53,816 nucleotides of DNA, taken from the IMG/VR virus record IMGVR_UViG_3300045978_000522, positions 1 to 53,816 of that record. One strand, written 5' to 3'. This DNA comes from a virus (Duplodnaviria > Caudoviricetes). The position numbers and the translations under genes are program-made. Each line of letters begins with the position of its first letter. The stretch's first letter is position 1. This document shows, piece by piece, positions 27,174-36,450 of the stretch. The notes below the pieces were generated by a model that did not search any database, was not told the origin of the DNA, and saw only the letters and a program-made list of their open reading frames with translations.

Positions 27174-28477
27174 CGCTGCTCCCCTGGGCGCTGGTCGAGA
27201 CCGAGCGCCAGCTGCTGCCCCAGATCCGGCGCATGGAGGATGTCGGGCTGCCGGTGGATCTCGACTACTTCAAAGCCTTCAGCGATTACTTGGCGTACCA
27301 ACTGGAAACGGAGCGCACGGCGATTCACGCACGTGGCGGCCCGGTGAATCCGAACTCGGCAGACCAGGTCGCCGCCTGGCTCTATGACGATCTCGGCGTG
27401 TCGCCGCCGCGCAAGCGCACCAAGCGCGGACGCGGCTCGACGGCGGAGAAGTACCTGCAGGCGGCACGGCACCGGCCGGCGACGACACGGCCGCAGCGCC
27501 AGGCGGTCGATCAGGTGCTGTCGTACAAAGAGCTGGTAACGCTCAAGACGCGCTACGTGGATCCGATGCCGGCGTGGGTCGGGGCCGATGGGCGCCTGCA
27601 CGCGCGCATCCTGTACACGCGCACCGATACCGGGCGGTTGGCGGCCAAGGATCCGAACGTGCTGGCCTTTCCCAAGCACTCGGACCTGGGGTTGCTCGTG
27701 CGGCGCGGCTTCGTGGCGCCGCCAGGGCGCGTGCTGGCCGAGTGGGATCTGCACCAGATCGAGATCGTGATGCTGGCCATCGACAGCGGCGACGAGCGCA
27801 TGCTGGCGGAGATCCGGGCCGGCGTCGACAAGCACCGGGCAACGGCGGCCCATATCCTCTACCGGATTCCGCTCAACCAGGTGACCCCGGAGCAGCGCTT
27901 CACCGCCAAGGCCGTCAATTTCGGGATCGTCATGGGCCTCACCGCCAAGGGGCTGCGCGAACAGTTTGACAAGCAGGGGAGCGTGCACGTCGATGCCCGC
28001 GGCCAGCGGCGCGCCTGGACCGAGGCCGACTGCCAGGCGCTGCTCGATGCCTGGGCGCGCGGCTACCCGCAGGCGGCGGCCTATCTGGAGCGCAAGCATG
28101 CCGAGGCGCGCCGGCTTGGCTACGTCACCGACTGGCGCGGCCGGCGACGGGCCCTGCCGGCGGTCCACTCGCCTCACCGCCAGGTCGCCGCCGAGGCGCT
28201 ACGCCAGGCGCAGGCTACGCCGATCCAGGCGGGGGCACAAGAACTGACCAAGCTGTGGATGCTGGCCACCTGGCCACGCCTGGAGTGGCTGCGGGCGCAG
28301 GGTATCTATGTCGAACTCCTGCTCCAGGTGCATGACGCCTTGCTCTGCGAACTGGACGCCGCCGCCTACGACGACGTGGATGCGCATATCCAGGCGGCGC
28401 TCGGCGAACTTCCCCGGCTTCTCGCCCCGGTGACGTGTACAGGCAGCGGGCCCGCCCGGACGTGGGCGGACTGTTGA
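27170..28477 (+). CDS. polA: Family A DNA polymerase, polymerase domain only
   Basis: NPNSADQV, TDTGRLAAKDPN, DLHQIE, AKAVNFG, GYVTDWRGRRR, PIQAG, QVHDAL. Confidence 0.92.
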   Translation: MTLLPWALVETERQLLPQIRRMEDVGLPVDLDYFKAFSDYLAYQLETERTAIHARGGPVNPNSADQVAAWLYDDLGVSPPRKRTKRGRGSTAEKYLQAARHRPATTRPQRQAVDQVLSYKELVTLKTRYVDPMPAWVGADGRLHARILYTRTDTGRLAAKDPNVLAFPKHSDLGLLVRRGFVAPPGRVLAEWDLHQIEIVMLAIDSGDERMLAEIRAGVDKHRATAAHILYRIPLNQVTPEQRFTAKAVNFGIVMGLTAKGLREQFDKQGSVHVDARGQRRAWTEADCQALLDAWARGYPQAAAYLERKHAEARRLGYVTDWRGRRRALPAVHSPHRQVAAEALRQAQATPIQAGAQELTKLWMLATWPRLEWLRAQGIYVELLLQVHDALLCELDAAAYDDVDAHIQAALGELPRLLAPVTCTGSGPARTWADC

Positions 28478-28491
28478 GAAAGGCCTGGACG

Positions 28492-28827
28492 ATGGGACAA
28501 AGTGCCGCCTGGCTCTCTGATGACTGGCGCGATCATCTGGCGCGAGTGTGCGCCGAGCGCGCCGAGATGGCGATGTACCGGAAAACGCTCGACGACGGGA
28601 TCGACAGCATCAATGCCGAGATCCGCGAGATCCTCAGCGCCCACGACCTGATCGAGGCCAGGGTGCCGGGCTACCAGGTGACGATGGTCACCACGCGCCG
28701 CGGCACGCTGAGCGCCGAGCGGCTGCTGGAGCTGGGGGTCTCGACGGCGACGATCGCCGAGGCAACTAAGGTGGCGCTCATCGTCTCGGTGCGCGTCACC
28801 GAGCAGTCACGGGACAGCGTATCCTAG
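28492..28827 (+). CDS. Hypothetical protein
   Basis: 111 aa; AAAGG SD. Confidence 0.6.
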   Translation: MGQSAAWLSDDWRDHLARVCAERAEMAMYRKTLDDGIDSINAEIREILSAHDLIEARVPGYQVTMVTTRRGTLSAERLLELGVSTATIAEATKVALIVSVRVTEQSRDSVS

Positions 28828-28835
28828 AGGGCACG

Positions 28836-29114
28836 ATGGCGATATGGACCTTCCTGGCTCGCGTGATGTCGTGGATCTGGTGGTGGTTGAGCGGGCTGTG
28901 GCCGCGGCAGCCGTTCCTGCGCGCCGACCCGCGAGAGGAGGGCGTCGTGCTCGTCTTCAGCCACCCGATGCGCTTTGTGGCGCTCGACGCGGCCGCTGCG
29001 GTGGCGCTGGCCAACGAACTGCTGCAGGCCGCGCACACCATCGACAGCGAGGCCGCCGAGCAAGCGGAGACCGCGATCCTGGAGCAACTGGAAACGCCGA
29101 CGACGCGGCACTGA
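28836..29114 (+). CDS. Hypothetical protein
   Basis: GAGG SD. Confidence 0.55.
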   Translation: MAIWTFLARVMSWIWWWLSGLWPRQPFLRADPREEGVVLVFSHPMRFVALDAAAAVALANELLQAAHTIDSEAAEQAETAILEQLETPTTRH

Positions 29115-29116
29115 CG

Positions 29117-29515
29117 ATGGGCTTCCACGTACCCGAAGCAGCGCGCATGACCGAGGGGCCAATGGGGACGCGCCCGGGCTCAGGGCAGTACGGCGTTTTT
29201 GCGATCGACTCGCCGGAGCCAGGCTGGCACCTCGTGCTGATCGCGGATGACGGGACCCATGCCGACGTCCCGGAGTCGCTCGGCTGGGAGCATGTCAGCG
29301 TGCGCGCCACCCGCAAACGGCGCAGCCGGGTACCGAGCTGGCGGGAGATGTGCTTCATCAAGAGGCTGTTCTGGGACGACGAGGATGTCGTCGTGCAGTA
29401 CCATCCGCGGCGCTCCGAGTACGTGAACACCCACCCGGACGTGCTGCACCTGTGGCGGCATGCGACGCTGCCCTTCCCGACACCACCACCGACGCTCGTG
29501 GGTCCGGATCAGTAG
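29117..29515 (+). CDS. Conserved phage protein (DUF7694-like)
   Basis: GWEHVSV...PSWREMCFIKRLFW...QYHP...EYVN.HP..LHLW. Confidence 0.75.
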   Translation: MGFHVPEAARMTEGPMGTRPGSGQYGVFAIDSPEPGWHLVLIADDGTHADVPESLGWEHVSVRATRKRRSRVPSWREMCFIKRLFWDDEDVVVQYHPRRSEYVNTHPDVLHLWRHATLPFPTPPPTLVGPDQ

Positions 29516-29566
29516 CCGCGCAACGGCGCGAGGACGATTCACGACTTCAATTGCAGGAGCCCGCCA

Positions 29567-29806
29567 GTGTTCATTGCACAAACCTGGCTCAACGAAGGCG
29601 AGCAACTGCTCATCCTCGGCCTCTCGGCCGAGAACCGCAAACGCCTCGCCGAGGGGCGTCCGATCGACCTTTCGCGCAAGACGCACGGGCTGGCGATCCC
29701 GGCAGGGCTGCGCATTATGATCTTCGCGGGCGAGACCGAGGAGTCGATGCGCGCGGAGCTGGCCTCGCTTATCGGGCCCGAGACCGTTCAGACGAAGTCG
29801 CAGTAA
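29567..29806 (+). CDS. Hypothetical protein
   Basis: AGGAG SD; ILGLSAENRKRLAEGRPI. Confidence 0.7.
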   Translation: MFIAQTWLNEGEQLLILGLSAENRKRLAEGRPIDLSRKTHGLAIPAGLRIMIFAGETEESMRAELASLIGPETVQTKSQ

Positions 29807-29811
29807 AGCCG

Positions 29812-30030
29812 TCAGTAGCCGCGTACGTCGGGCACCGGCACGTCGCCCTCGCTGCCGCGCAGCGCCGGGGCGTCGGTCGGCGCAACGCCCGGCGCCCCGG
29901 TCACCGTCAGGCGCGGGGTGCCATCCTCGTTATGCGCCACGTAGAACAGATTCCGGATCGCCGCGATGAGGCCGTCCAGTTCGTCGGCCACCACTGGCGG
30001 GAGCTGGTCCCTATAGCGAAGCCCGTACAT
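29812..30030 (-). CDS. Hypothetical tail-region protein
   Basis: AGGAG SD. Confidence 0.6.
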   Translation of the reverse strand: MYGLRYRDQLPPVVADELDGLIAAIRNLFYVAHNEDGTPRLTVTGAPGVAPTDAPALRGSEGDVPVPDVRGY

Positions 30031-30031
30031 G

Positions 30032-30211
30032 TCAGTACTCCTGGGGCTTGGGGCCCGAGCGGTGCGTGGCCAACGTCTTGGCGCGCACCGAGCGTGCGCC
30101 CTTGTTCTTGCCCTTGCTCACGTAGGCAGCGGCGGCGCGGGTCTTGGCCTGCTTCGGCTCCACCTGACGCGCGATCAGCTCGTCGCGAATCGCTTCGTAG
30201 ACTTTCGGCAT
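30032..30211 (-). CDS. Small basic protein
   Basis: MPKVYEAIRDEL...; GAGGGAG SD; 59 aa, below the ORF-track cutoff. Confidence 0.6.
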   Translation of the reverse strand: MPKVYEAIRDELIARQVEPKQAKTRAAAAYVSKGKNKGARSVRAKTLATHRSGPKPQEY

Positions 30212-30226
30212 AGCAACGCTCCCTCG

Positions 30227-30652
30227 TCACGCGACCGTGTAGAGCCGGACCTGTTGCGCCAGTAGCGCCGACTCCGCGCTGCGGAAGGTCACGACAAACT
30301 CGACATAGGTCGCCTTGTCGACGGGCGCCGCCGTCACGGTGAAACTGACGTTGCGCGCGGCGTCGTCGCGGTCCTGCACATAGAGCACCGAGCCTGCCTT
30401 GACCGTGACGAGCAGCACGCGGCCCACATCCTCGCCGTCCACGGTGTGGTAGCGCGCCCAGACCCTGGTCACGGCCGTATAGGGGGCCGCAGCGTTGAAG
30501 CGCAGCTGACTCTCGCTCGGCGGCTCGGTGAGCGTGAGGTTGTGCGTGTAGAGATACGAGCTGCCGGCGCTCGGGCGCACCGGGACGCCATCGACGCGCA
30601 GCTCCTTGACGTCGAGCACGCGGCCCTGGGCGACTTGGAACTGCAGATCCAT
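30227..30652 (-). CDS. Tail-associated protein
   Basis: Beta-rich; located in tail operon. Confidence 0.55.
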   Translation of the reverse strand: MDLQFQVAQGRVLDVKELRVDGVPVRPSAGSSYLYTHNLTLTEPPSESQLRFNAAAPYTAVTRVWARYHTVDGEDVGRVLLVTVKAGSVLYVQDRDDAARNVSFTVTAAPVDKATYVEFVVTFRSAESALLAQQVRLYTVA

Positions 30653-30660
30653 AACGGGGC

Positions 30661-30909
30661 TCAGGCCTGCGTGGCGATGGCGATTGCGGCGCCGGTGGCG
30701 AACTGGATCATCAGCTGCGTCTTGCCCGAGCCGTTGTCCTGGACCCAGAGGTTGGCGGCATTGGCGGCCGGCGCCGCCGGAGCGGTGGTCTCGGTGAAGG
30801 TCAGCCGGCCCCCGGTGGCGACCGGTTGCGCGACGCCGGAGGCGTCAAGCGTCCGGAGCGTCTTGACGTCGAGCGTGGTGATGCGCGCGTTGTGGGAAGT
30901 CAGATCCAT
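30661..30909 (-). CDS. Small tail-associated protein
   Basis: AAGGAG SD. Confidence 0.55.
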   Translation of the reverse strand: MDLTSHNARITTLDVKTLRTLDASGVAQPVATGGRLTFTETTAPAAPAANAANLWVQDNGSGKTQLMIQFATGAAIAIATQA

Positions 30910-30932
30910 GGTCGGTGCTCCTTCTGGTGACG

Positions 30933-32864
30933 TTATCCAGTTTGCTCCCGGCGGACTTTCACGACCAGCTGATTCACCTCCCAGCGCACGCCGGGCGTGG
31001 GCGAGTCGGCGATCTCCAGCTGGAACGTGCGCAGGGGACTCAGGCTCAGGCTGTCGAGCGGGCGGATGACGGCTTCCTCGCCAAGCGAAGAAGGCGTCAG
31101 GTCAACGGTGTCCACGGTCTTGCGCTCGCGGCCAAAATCGCTGACGAGCGCAATGGTGACCTGGGCGCCGGCCTGGGCCTTGGCGAGCACGCAGCCCGCC
31201 ATGACGCCGGCTTCGTTGAGGATGTTGGCGGGCGCGACCGGCTTGGTCAGGATGCGACTGGTGTACGGCTGGCCGGAATCCTGGTCACCGGTGTCGCAGC
31301 GCCAGATGAGCCCGTTGCCCTCGACCCCGATGAAGGGCTGCAGGATGCGCGAGCGGGCCGTGCCGGCGTCGACGTTGGCGGCGTAGAGACAGGCGGTGAG
31401 CGCGCGGGCGGAAGCGCCGTCCCACAGCACCCAGCCCTTGCGCCCGCCGTCCTCGCTGTCGCGCATGAAAGGCGTGTGGAGTACCAAGTGATAGTTGGGG
31501 CGGCTGGCGCCGTCGATCGGGACCCACCAGTGAATCTGCTGCTTGTCCGGGTAATAAACCACCCGCGCCGTGACCTCGCTGGCATCGAGCGAGACGCGCT
31601 CGCGCCAGGTGGGCAGGATGTCGGTGCCGCAGGTCTGGAGCCCGTTGGCGCCGATGCGGCACGGGCCGATGCGCGGGTCGAGGAAGTAGACCGCCGGGCG
31701 CCCGACCTGGTCGGCGGCTTCCACCACGCTCCCCGGCACGGCGCCGCGCTCCTTGCTGATGGCGATGGCCTCGTAGGCGCGGCTGCGCACGCCGGTGCGA
31801 ACCAGCTTGTAGACGGCGCTCGCCTTGAAGGCCCAGATGGCGCCGTTGCTCGACCGCGAGAGCGCGGTCAGCCGGCCGCCGTCGGTCGTGTCGAGATCGA
31901 CGAAGTTCACCGTCGAGACCGGGATGCGCTCGTCGTTGCCGATACCGGTCGGATCGCCGTAGACCGGCGTCCAGCTCACGCGGGAGTCCAGGGCAGCGTT
32001 GTTGAAGGCGCCACCGAGCAGGAGGCGGTCGTCGTCGGCGACGACGAAGCGGGCGCTGTAGGGCGGCGTGTAGTCGCCGGGTTCCGCCACCAGGGGAAAG
32101 AGGCCGGTGTAGCCCGGGCTGGCCGGAGTCGAGTCGACAATCGGCGTGCCGATGGCGGCGGTCCCGATGCGGTACCACGCTGAGGCGTTGAGGCTGGCTT
32201 CAGCCTCCCACTGATCAGCGCTCTCGGCAGCCGCGGGCGAGGCGATAGAGGCGCCAGAGCCCGAGCCCGGCGGAGCAAACGTCGTTGCCGCACTCGGCTC
32301 GCTGCGCAGGGCGCGCGTGGAGTGCTTCAGCCGGGTGCGGTAGTAGCGCGTAGTGGCGAAGCTGCCGCTCCCGGTCGTGGTGACAGCAGGGGCCGCAGTG
32401 GGCGCGATGAGGCCGGCGCGCCTGAGCGTCGAGCCGTCCCAGACGTGGAGCCGGTCGACCGCGCTCGGATAGGCCAGGAACAGCTTGCCGTGCAGCGTCT
32501 GGGCGGCCCAGGCGTAGGGCCCCTCGCCGGTGAGGACCGGCGCGTCGGCAACGGCGACCGACGACCACGCGTTCACCTTGCGCGCCAGGGTGGCCGAGGA
32601 CGTGCCGGTCACGCCGAGCGCCCACAGCTCGCTGTCGGTCCAGGCGGAACTCGGCAGGTGGCGGTAGAGGAAGGTCACCCGGTCGTGACCGACCAGGCCG
32701 CTACCGGTCAGGTCAATGGCGCGCGCGCCCAGACGGCGCTCGCCCAGGGTGGAGCGCGTGAACTCGACATTCATCGCCACCAGACACTGGTCGTCGGGGA
32801 TCGCAATCGGGGCGTCCTGCTGGTTGACCCCGCCGCGCAGCGACGCCAGCACGTAGTCGGGCAT
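30933..32864 (-). CDS. Tail tubular protein B/nozzle (P22 gp10/T7 gp12-like)
   Basis: About 640 aa, propeller-like; SLRGGVN N-terminus; gene position. Confidence 0.7.
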   Translation of the reverse strand: MPDYVLASLRGGVNQQDAPIAIPDDQCLVAMNVEFTRSTLGERRLGARAIDLTGSGLVGHDRVTFLYRHLPSSAWTDSELWALGVTGTSSATLARKVNAWSSVAVADAPVLTGEGPYAWAAQTLHGKLFLAYPSAVDRLHVWDGSTLRRAGLIAPTAAPAVTTTGSGSFATTRYYRTRLKHSTRALRSEPSAATTFAPPGSGSGASIASPAAAESADQWEAEASLNASAWYRIGTAAIGTPIVDSTPASPGYTGLFPLVAEPGDYTPPYSARFVVADDDRLLLGGAFNNAALDSRVSWTPVYGDPTGIGNDERIPVSTVNFVDLDTTDGGRLTALSRSSNGAIWAFKASAVYKLVRTGVRSRAYEAIAISKERGAVPGSVVEAADQVGRPAVYFLDPRIGPCRIGANGLQTCGTDILPTWRERVSLDASEVTARVVYYPDKQQIHWWVPIDGASRPNYHLVLHTPFMRDSEDGGRKGWVLWDGASARALTACLYAANVDAGTARSRILQPFIGVEGNGLIWRCDTGDQDSGQPYTSRILTKPVAPANILNEAGVMAGCVLAKAQAGAQVTIALVSDFGRERKTVDTVDLTPSSLGEEAVIRPLDSLSLSPLRTFQLEIADSPTPGVRWEVNQLVVKVRREQTG

Positions 32865-33100
32865 CAGGCTGGCCCCGAGCCGTTGGGCGGGACGTCGAGG
32901 GCGCACTCGTCGTCGCGGGCGACGTAGCGCTGCTGCGGGTCGAGGCCGTACTGCGTCAGCACGCTTCGCCACAGCGCGTCGTGCCTGGCGCGCGTGGCGT
33001 CGAGGCGGGTCTGGATCACCACGAGCGCCGCCTGGTCGCGCTCCAGCTCGGCGCTGCTCGTACGCAGGCGCCAGTAGTCGGAGGGCTCCAGCTTCGTCAC
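32864..33100 (-). CDS. Small coiled-coil tail fiber assembly-like protein
   Basis: Position after the fiber gene. Confidence 0.5.
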   Translation of the reverse strand: MTKLEPSDYWRLRTSSAELERDQAALVVIQTRLDATRARHDALWRSVLTQYGLDPQQRYVARDDECALDVPPNGSGPA

Positions 33101-33438
33101 GGCGCCGGGGTGTCCACGCCGGAGAGGGCGTCCCAGAAGGTGGCCAGTTGGCTGAGCAGCGCCGGGTCGGTGGCGGTGGTAACCGGGCCGCTGTCCTCCA
33201 GGGTCACCGTGCCAATGACGTTGACGCCGCCCACGACCATGACGGCGGCGTTGACGACCGCCGACTGCGGGCTGTTGATCACCGTCGTCGCGTAGTTGCT
33301 GCGTGCCGTGTGATTGGGTGTGGCCGTCGCCTCGCTCTTGACCACCCGGGCGTGCTGCACCAGCAGGTACTGCAAGCGGATCTGAAAGTTGGCGTCGCGC
33401 GCCAGGGCCATCTGGAGGAACGACTCAGTGAGCGCCAT
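33097..33438 (-). CDS. Tail fiber-associated protein
   Basis: Position; coupled overlaps. Confidence 0.55.
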   Translation of the reverse strand: MALTESFLQMALARDANFQIRLQYLLVQHARVVKSEATATPNHTARSNYATTVINSPQSAVVNAAVMVVGGVNVIGTVTLEDSGPVTTATDPALLSQLATFWDALSGVDTPAP

Positions 33439-36091
33439 CGGGTCTCCCTTCGAGCGCGGCGAGCCGCGCGTGCAGTGCCTGGATCGCGGCCACGAGCGGC
33501 GCCGTCAGTTGGGCATAGGTCACGCCGTCAGGCTGTCCGTCGGCGTCGCAAGTGACGAAGCGGGCGTCGACGGCAGCCACGTCCTCGGCGACAAAGCCCA
33601 CGCGCCGCTGACCACCGTCACCGATGTGGGCGTAGCTGACCGGTTCAAGCGCGAGCAGCCACTGCCAGTCGAGGAGCGGCTCGATGGCGCGCTTGTGCCG
33701 CCTGGTCGAGGAGAAGCGGCGGAGCAGGCCGGTGTTGTCGACGTTGACGTTGGCCGAGACCCCGATCGTGCTGTTGTAGACGTCGGGCGCGAGGACCTCG
33801 GCGATGTCCGACTTGAGCACCAGCTTGCTGGCGGCGCGCACGCAGAGACAGGCGTTGACGAAGCTGGTCGAGATGAGCACGGCGGCGCTGCCGATCCAGC
33901 CGCTCGTGCTCCCGCCGTTGATGTACTGGGTGTACCCGCCGTTGGTGGAGGTGTTGGAGAACTGCCACGACGCGGCACCGGTGGCCACGCTCGTGAAGTC
34001 AATGGACCCGCTCACCCCACGGAACAGCAGCGCCGCCCGCCCGTAGGCGTCATAGACGATGAAGTTGGCGCTGTCACTCGCTCCGAGGTTGAGATGGAGA
34101 GAGCCCAGGCCACTGGAGGTGGTGCCGTAGACCTGCAGAAACGCGCCGTTGGCCCGCGCCCACCCCGATCCGCCTGCCAGTTGCAAGACTCCACTGTCGG
34201 TCGTCATCCGCTGCGTCGTGTTGCTGCCGCAGAGGAGGCTGTTCGAGAACGTCACGTCGCCGGTCGAGCCCGCGACACTGACGGCGACGACGCTGTCTGC
34301 GCGGTAGAGGTCGATCTTCGACCCCGCCACGTTGCCGCAGAGCAGCTGCAGCACGCCCGTCGAGGCGTGCTCGTTCCCGTAGAGGCGGATGGCCGCGCCG
34401 CGGTCACGGACGCTGGACACGCCCGGATCGCCGCCGCCGGTGACCAGCAGAAAGCCCGTATCCCCCCCGTCGCCGGTGTTGCGGGCAATGGTGCCCGGCT
34501 CGGCAACGGTGACCAGGCCGCCGCCGCCGACGCCACCCAGGTAGAGCGGCCCGAGCAACTGGGTGTAATCGGCAGCGGTGCGCAGGTAGACGGCGCTCGT
34601 CGTGAGGTTCTCGACGCGGAAGACCGAGCCAGCCACGTTCGGGAGCCCGACGCGGACGACGTTGGCGAAGCCGACTTTGCCCGGCCCGCACACCTGCACG
34701 AAGGCGGTTGAGCCGACAGCGCCGCCCCAGACAACGACGCTCTGGTCACTCACGCTCCGGTAAATAGAGTCATCCGTCAGCTGCAGGCCAGGCATCGTCT
34801 GCGGACTAGCGGTGAAGGTGTTGGCCTGGTCCTTCCGGGCAAAGGTCGTACTGTCGATGCCGTCCAGCTTGTCGGCGTCGAGGTTGGCGACTGCTGCCGA
34901 TCCGGCGGTGACGGCGAAGGGCGGGGCCGGCGAACGACTGAACGTCTTGAGCCCGGTGTAGGTCTCGTTGAGCGCCGCGTCGCTGACGTTGAGCGTCGTG
35001 CCGGCAAGCGCCAGCGCGGTGCCGAGCACGATCTCCTGGGCAGGGCCGCTGCCCACGCCAGGCGCGCGGCCGGCCAGGCGATTCTCCGCTAGGATAACGC
35101 CGCTGCCGCCACCCCCGGTCGCATGTAGCGTGTCACCGCTCATGACCAGGTTGGAGCCGAGCAGCACCTCGACCGGCGAGCCACTGCCTGCGCTGCCGCG
35201 CCCAAGCAACCGGCTTGGCGCGAGAGTCGGCAGCCGGGCGAGGCTGGTCATCTGGCCCGTCAGTAGCGCCGCGTCGTGGTAGGCCGCGCCGCTCTCGCCA
35301 TCGAGCTTGTCGGCATCGAGATTAGCGACCGTGGCGCTGCCCGCCGTAACGGCAAAGGGAGGCCCCGGGTCGCGGTCGAAGGTGACGAGGCCGGTCTGGG
35401 TGTAGCTGCCCGTGCCGCCGCCGCCACCACCGCCGCCGCCCGAGCCGCCAGCGGCCCCGCCACCGGCGATCGGCGCGGTGCGCCCACCCTGGCGGATGAC
35501 GAGGTAGCTGCTCTTGGCGATCCACATCCGCAGATCGGAGAGCCGCCGCTCATAGGTCTGGTCGGCGAAGGCGGCGAGCTGTGTCTTCTCCTGCTTTCGC
35601 AGCTCGTCGGTCAACACGCCCTCGATCAGCACGTCGTGGAAGCTCTCGGGAAAGGCCGGCTCCTGCGTGCCGGTCAGCACTGCCGCGCGCTCGTGACCAA
35701 AGACCCGCAGAGTGAGCGCCGTCTGCACGATCGTGTCGAGCCGCAGCGTGACGCTGTGAGCAGACATGCGTTCGGCCGCCCATGCCTGCGGGATCCCCGA
35801 CGATAGCGGCCGATCCCGCAGCTCCGCGACGGTGAACTCCGCAAGGAGACGCCGCTGTCCGCCCGTGAGGTCGAGAACGCTGATGGCCTTCTCCAGACCC
35901 TCCACGACAACGGTGGTCGCGCCCAGTGTGGGGCTCACATCGACGCTCGTACGCCGGCTGACGGCGAGGCCAATCGCGGAGGTGAGGCGCTTGTACCGGG
36001 CGTTCACCGCGCGACCGATGCGGAGCTGGGCTTCGGTCGACTGCAGGTTGAGCCGCCCCATCGCCTCGCTCACGATCTCATCGAACGTCAC
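33425..36091 (-). CDS. Head-tail adaptor-like N-terminus fused to tail fiber with C-terminal S74 intramolecular chaperone
   Basis: TFDEIVSEA...PAFPESFHDVLIEGVL; Gly linker; NLDADKLDG x2; SSTRRHKRAI...GFVAEDV...VTYAQLTAPLVAAIQAL. Confidence 0.8.
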   Translation of the reverse strand: MTFDEIVSEAMGRLNLQSTEAQLRIGRAVNARYKRLTSAIGLAVSRRTSVDVSPTLGATTVVVEGLEKAISVLDLTGGQRRLLAEFTVAELRDRPLSSGIPQAWAAERMSAHSVTLRLDTIVQTALTLRVFGHERAAVLTGTQEPAFPESFHDVLIEGVLTDELRKQEKTQLAAFADQTYERRLSDLRMWIAKSSYLVIRQGGRTAPIAGGGAAGGSGGGGGGGGGTGSYTQTGLVTFDRDPGPPFAVTAGSATVANLDADKLDGESGAAYHDAALLTGQMTSLARLPTLAPSRLLGRGSAGSGSPVEVLLGSNLVMSGDTLHATGGGGSGVILAENRLAGRAPGVGSGPAQEIVLGTALALAGTTLNVSDAALNETYTGLKTFSRSPAPPFAVTAGSAAVANLDADKLDGIDSTTFARKDQANTFTASPQTMPGLQLTDDSIYRSVSDQSVVVWGGAVGSTAFVQVCGPGKVGFANVVRVGLPNVAGSVFRVENLTTSAVYLRTAADYTQLLGPLYLGGVGGGGLVTVAEPGTIARNTGDGGDTGFLLVTGGGDPGVSSVRDRGAAIRLYGNEHASTGVLQLLCGNVAGSKIDLYRADSVVAVSVAGSTGDVTFSNSLLCGSNTTQRMTTDSGVLQLAGGSGWARANGAFLQVYGTTSSGLGSLHLNLGASDSANFIVYDAYGRAALLFRGVSGSIDFTSVATGAASWQFSNTSTNGGYTQYINGGSTSGWIGSAAVLISTSFVNACLCVRAASKLVLKSDIAEVLAPDVYNSTIGVSANVNVDNTGLLRRFSSTRRHKRAIEPLLDWQWLLALEPVSYAHIGDGGQRRVGFVAEDVAAVDARFVTCDADGQPDGVTYAQLTAPLVAAIQALHARLAALEGRPDGAH

Positions 36092-36126
36092 GGCGTGACT
36101 CCGATCGGTTGCAGGAGCATGGCGGC

Positions 36127-36450
36127 CTAGACGAACCGCTGCGTGTGGGGGCTCTTGTCGGACCCTTCCACGCCGATGTGGTGGACGGCGTTCGTGAGAC
36201 CAGCGGCGCGCGCGGCGCGCCTGAGCGCCTGGCGACTCTCGAAGCGGCGCGGGGAGCCGTCGGGATGGCAGAGGCCGTGCCGGACGACGATGTCGATCTC
36301 GCCGTGCACGGCGGCAGTTGCCGAAGGCACCGTCCAGCAACGACTGGTCGAGGCTCCACATTCCGGACAGCACGGGTACTGCCCGGCGAGCCGCCACGCG
36401 TCGCGCGTCACATGCCCGGCGGCACAGACGATGTCGACGAGCGTCCTCAT
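36127..36450 (-). CDS. FmdB-like zinc-ribbon protein
   Basis: C..GH...CPECG. Confidence 0.65.
   Translation of the reverse strand: MRTLVDIVCAAGHVTRDAWRLAGQYPCCPECGASTSRCWTVPSATAAVHGEIDIVVRHGLCHPDGSPRRFESRQALRRAARAAGLTNAVHHIGVEGSDKSPHTQRFV

Noticed and set aside
33425-34800. Diversity-generating retroelement or invertible tail-fiber cassette
   Set aside because: No reverse transcriptase, TR/VR pair or invertase was recognised.
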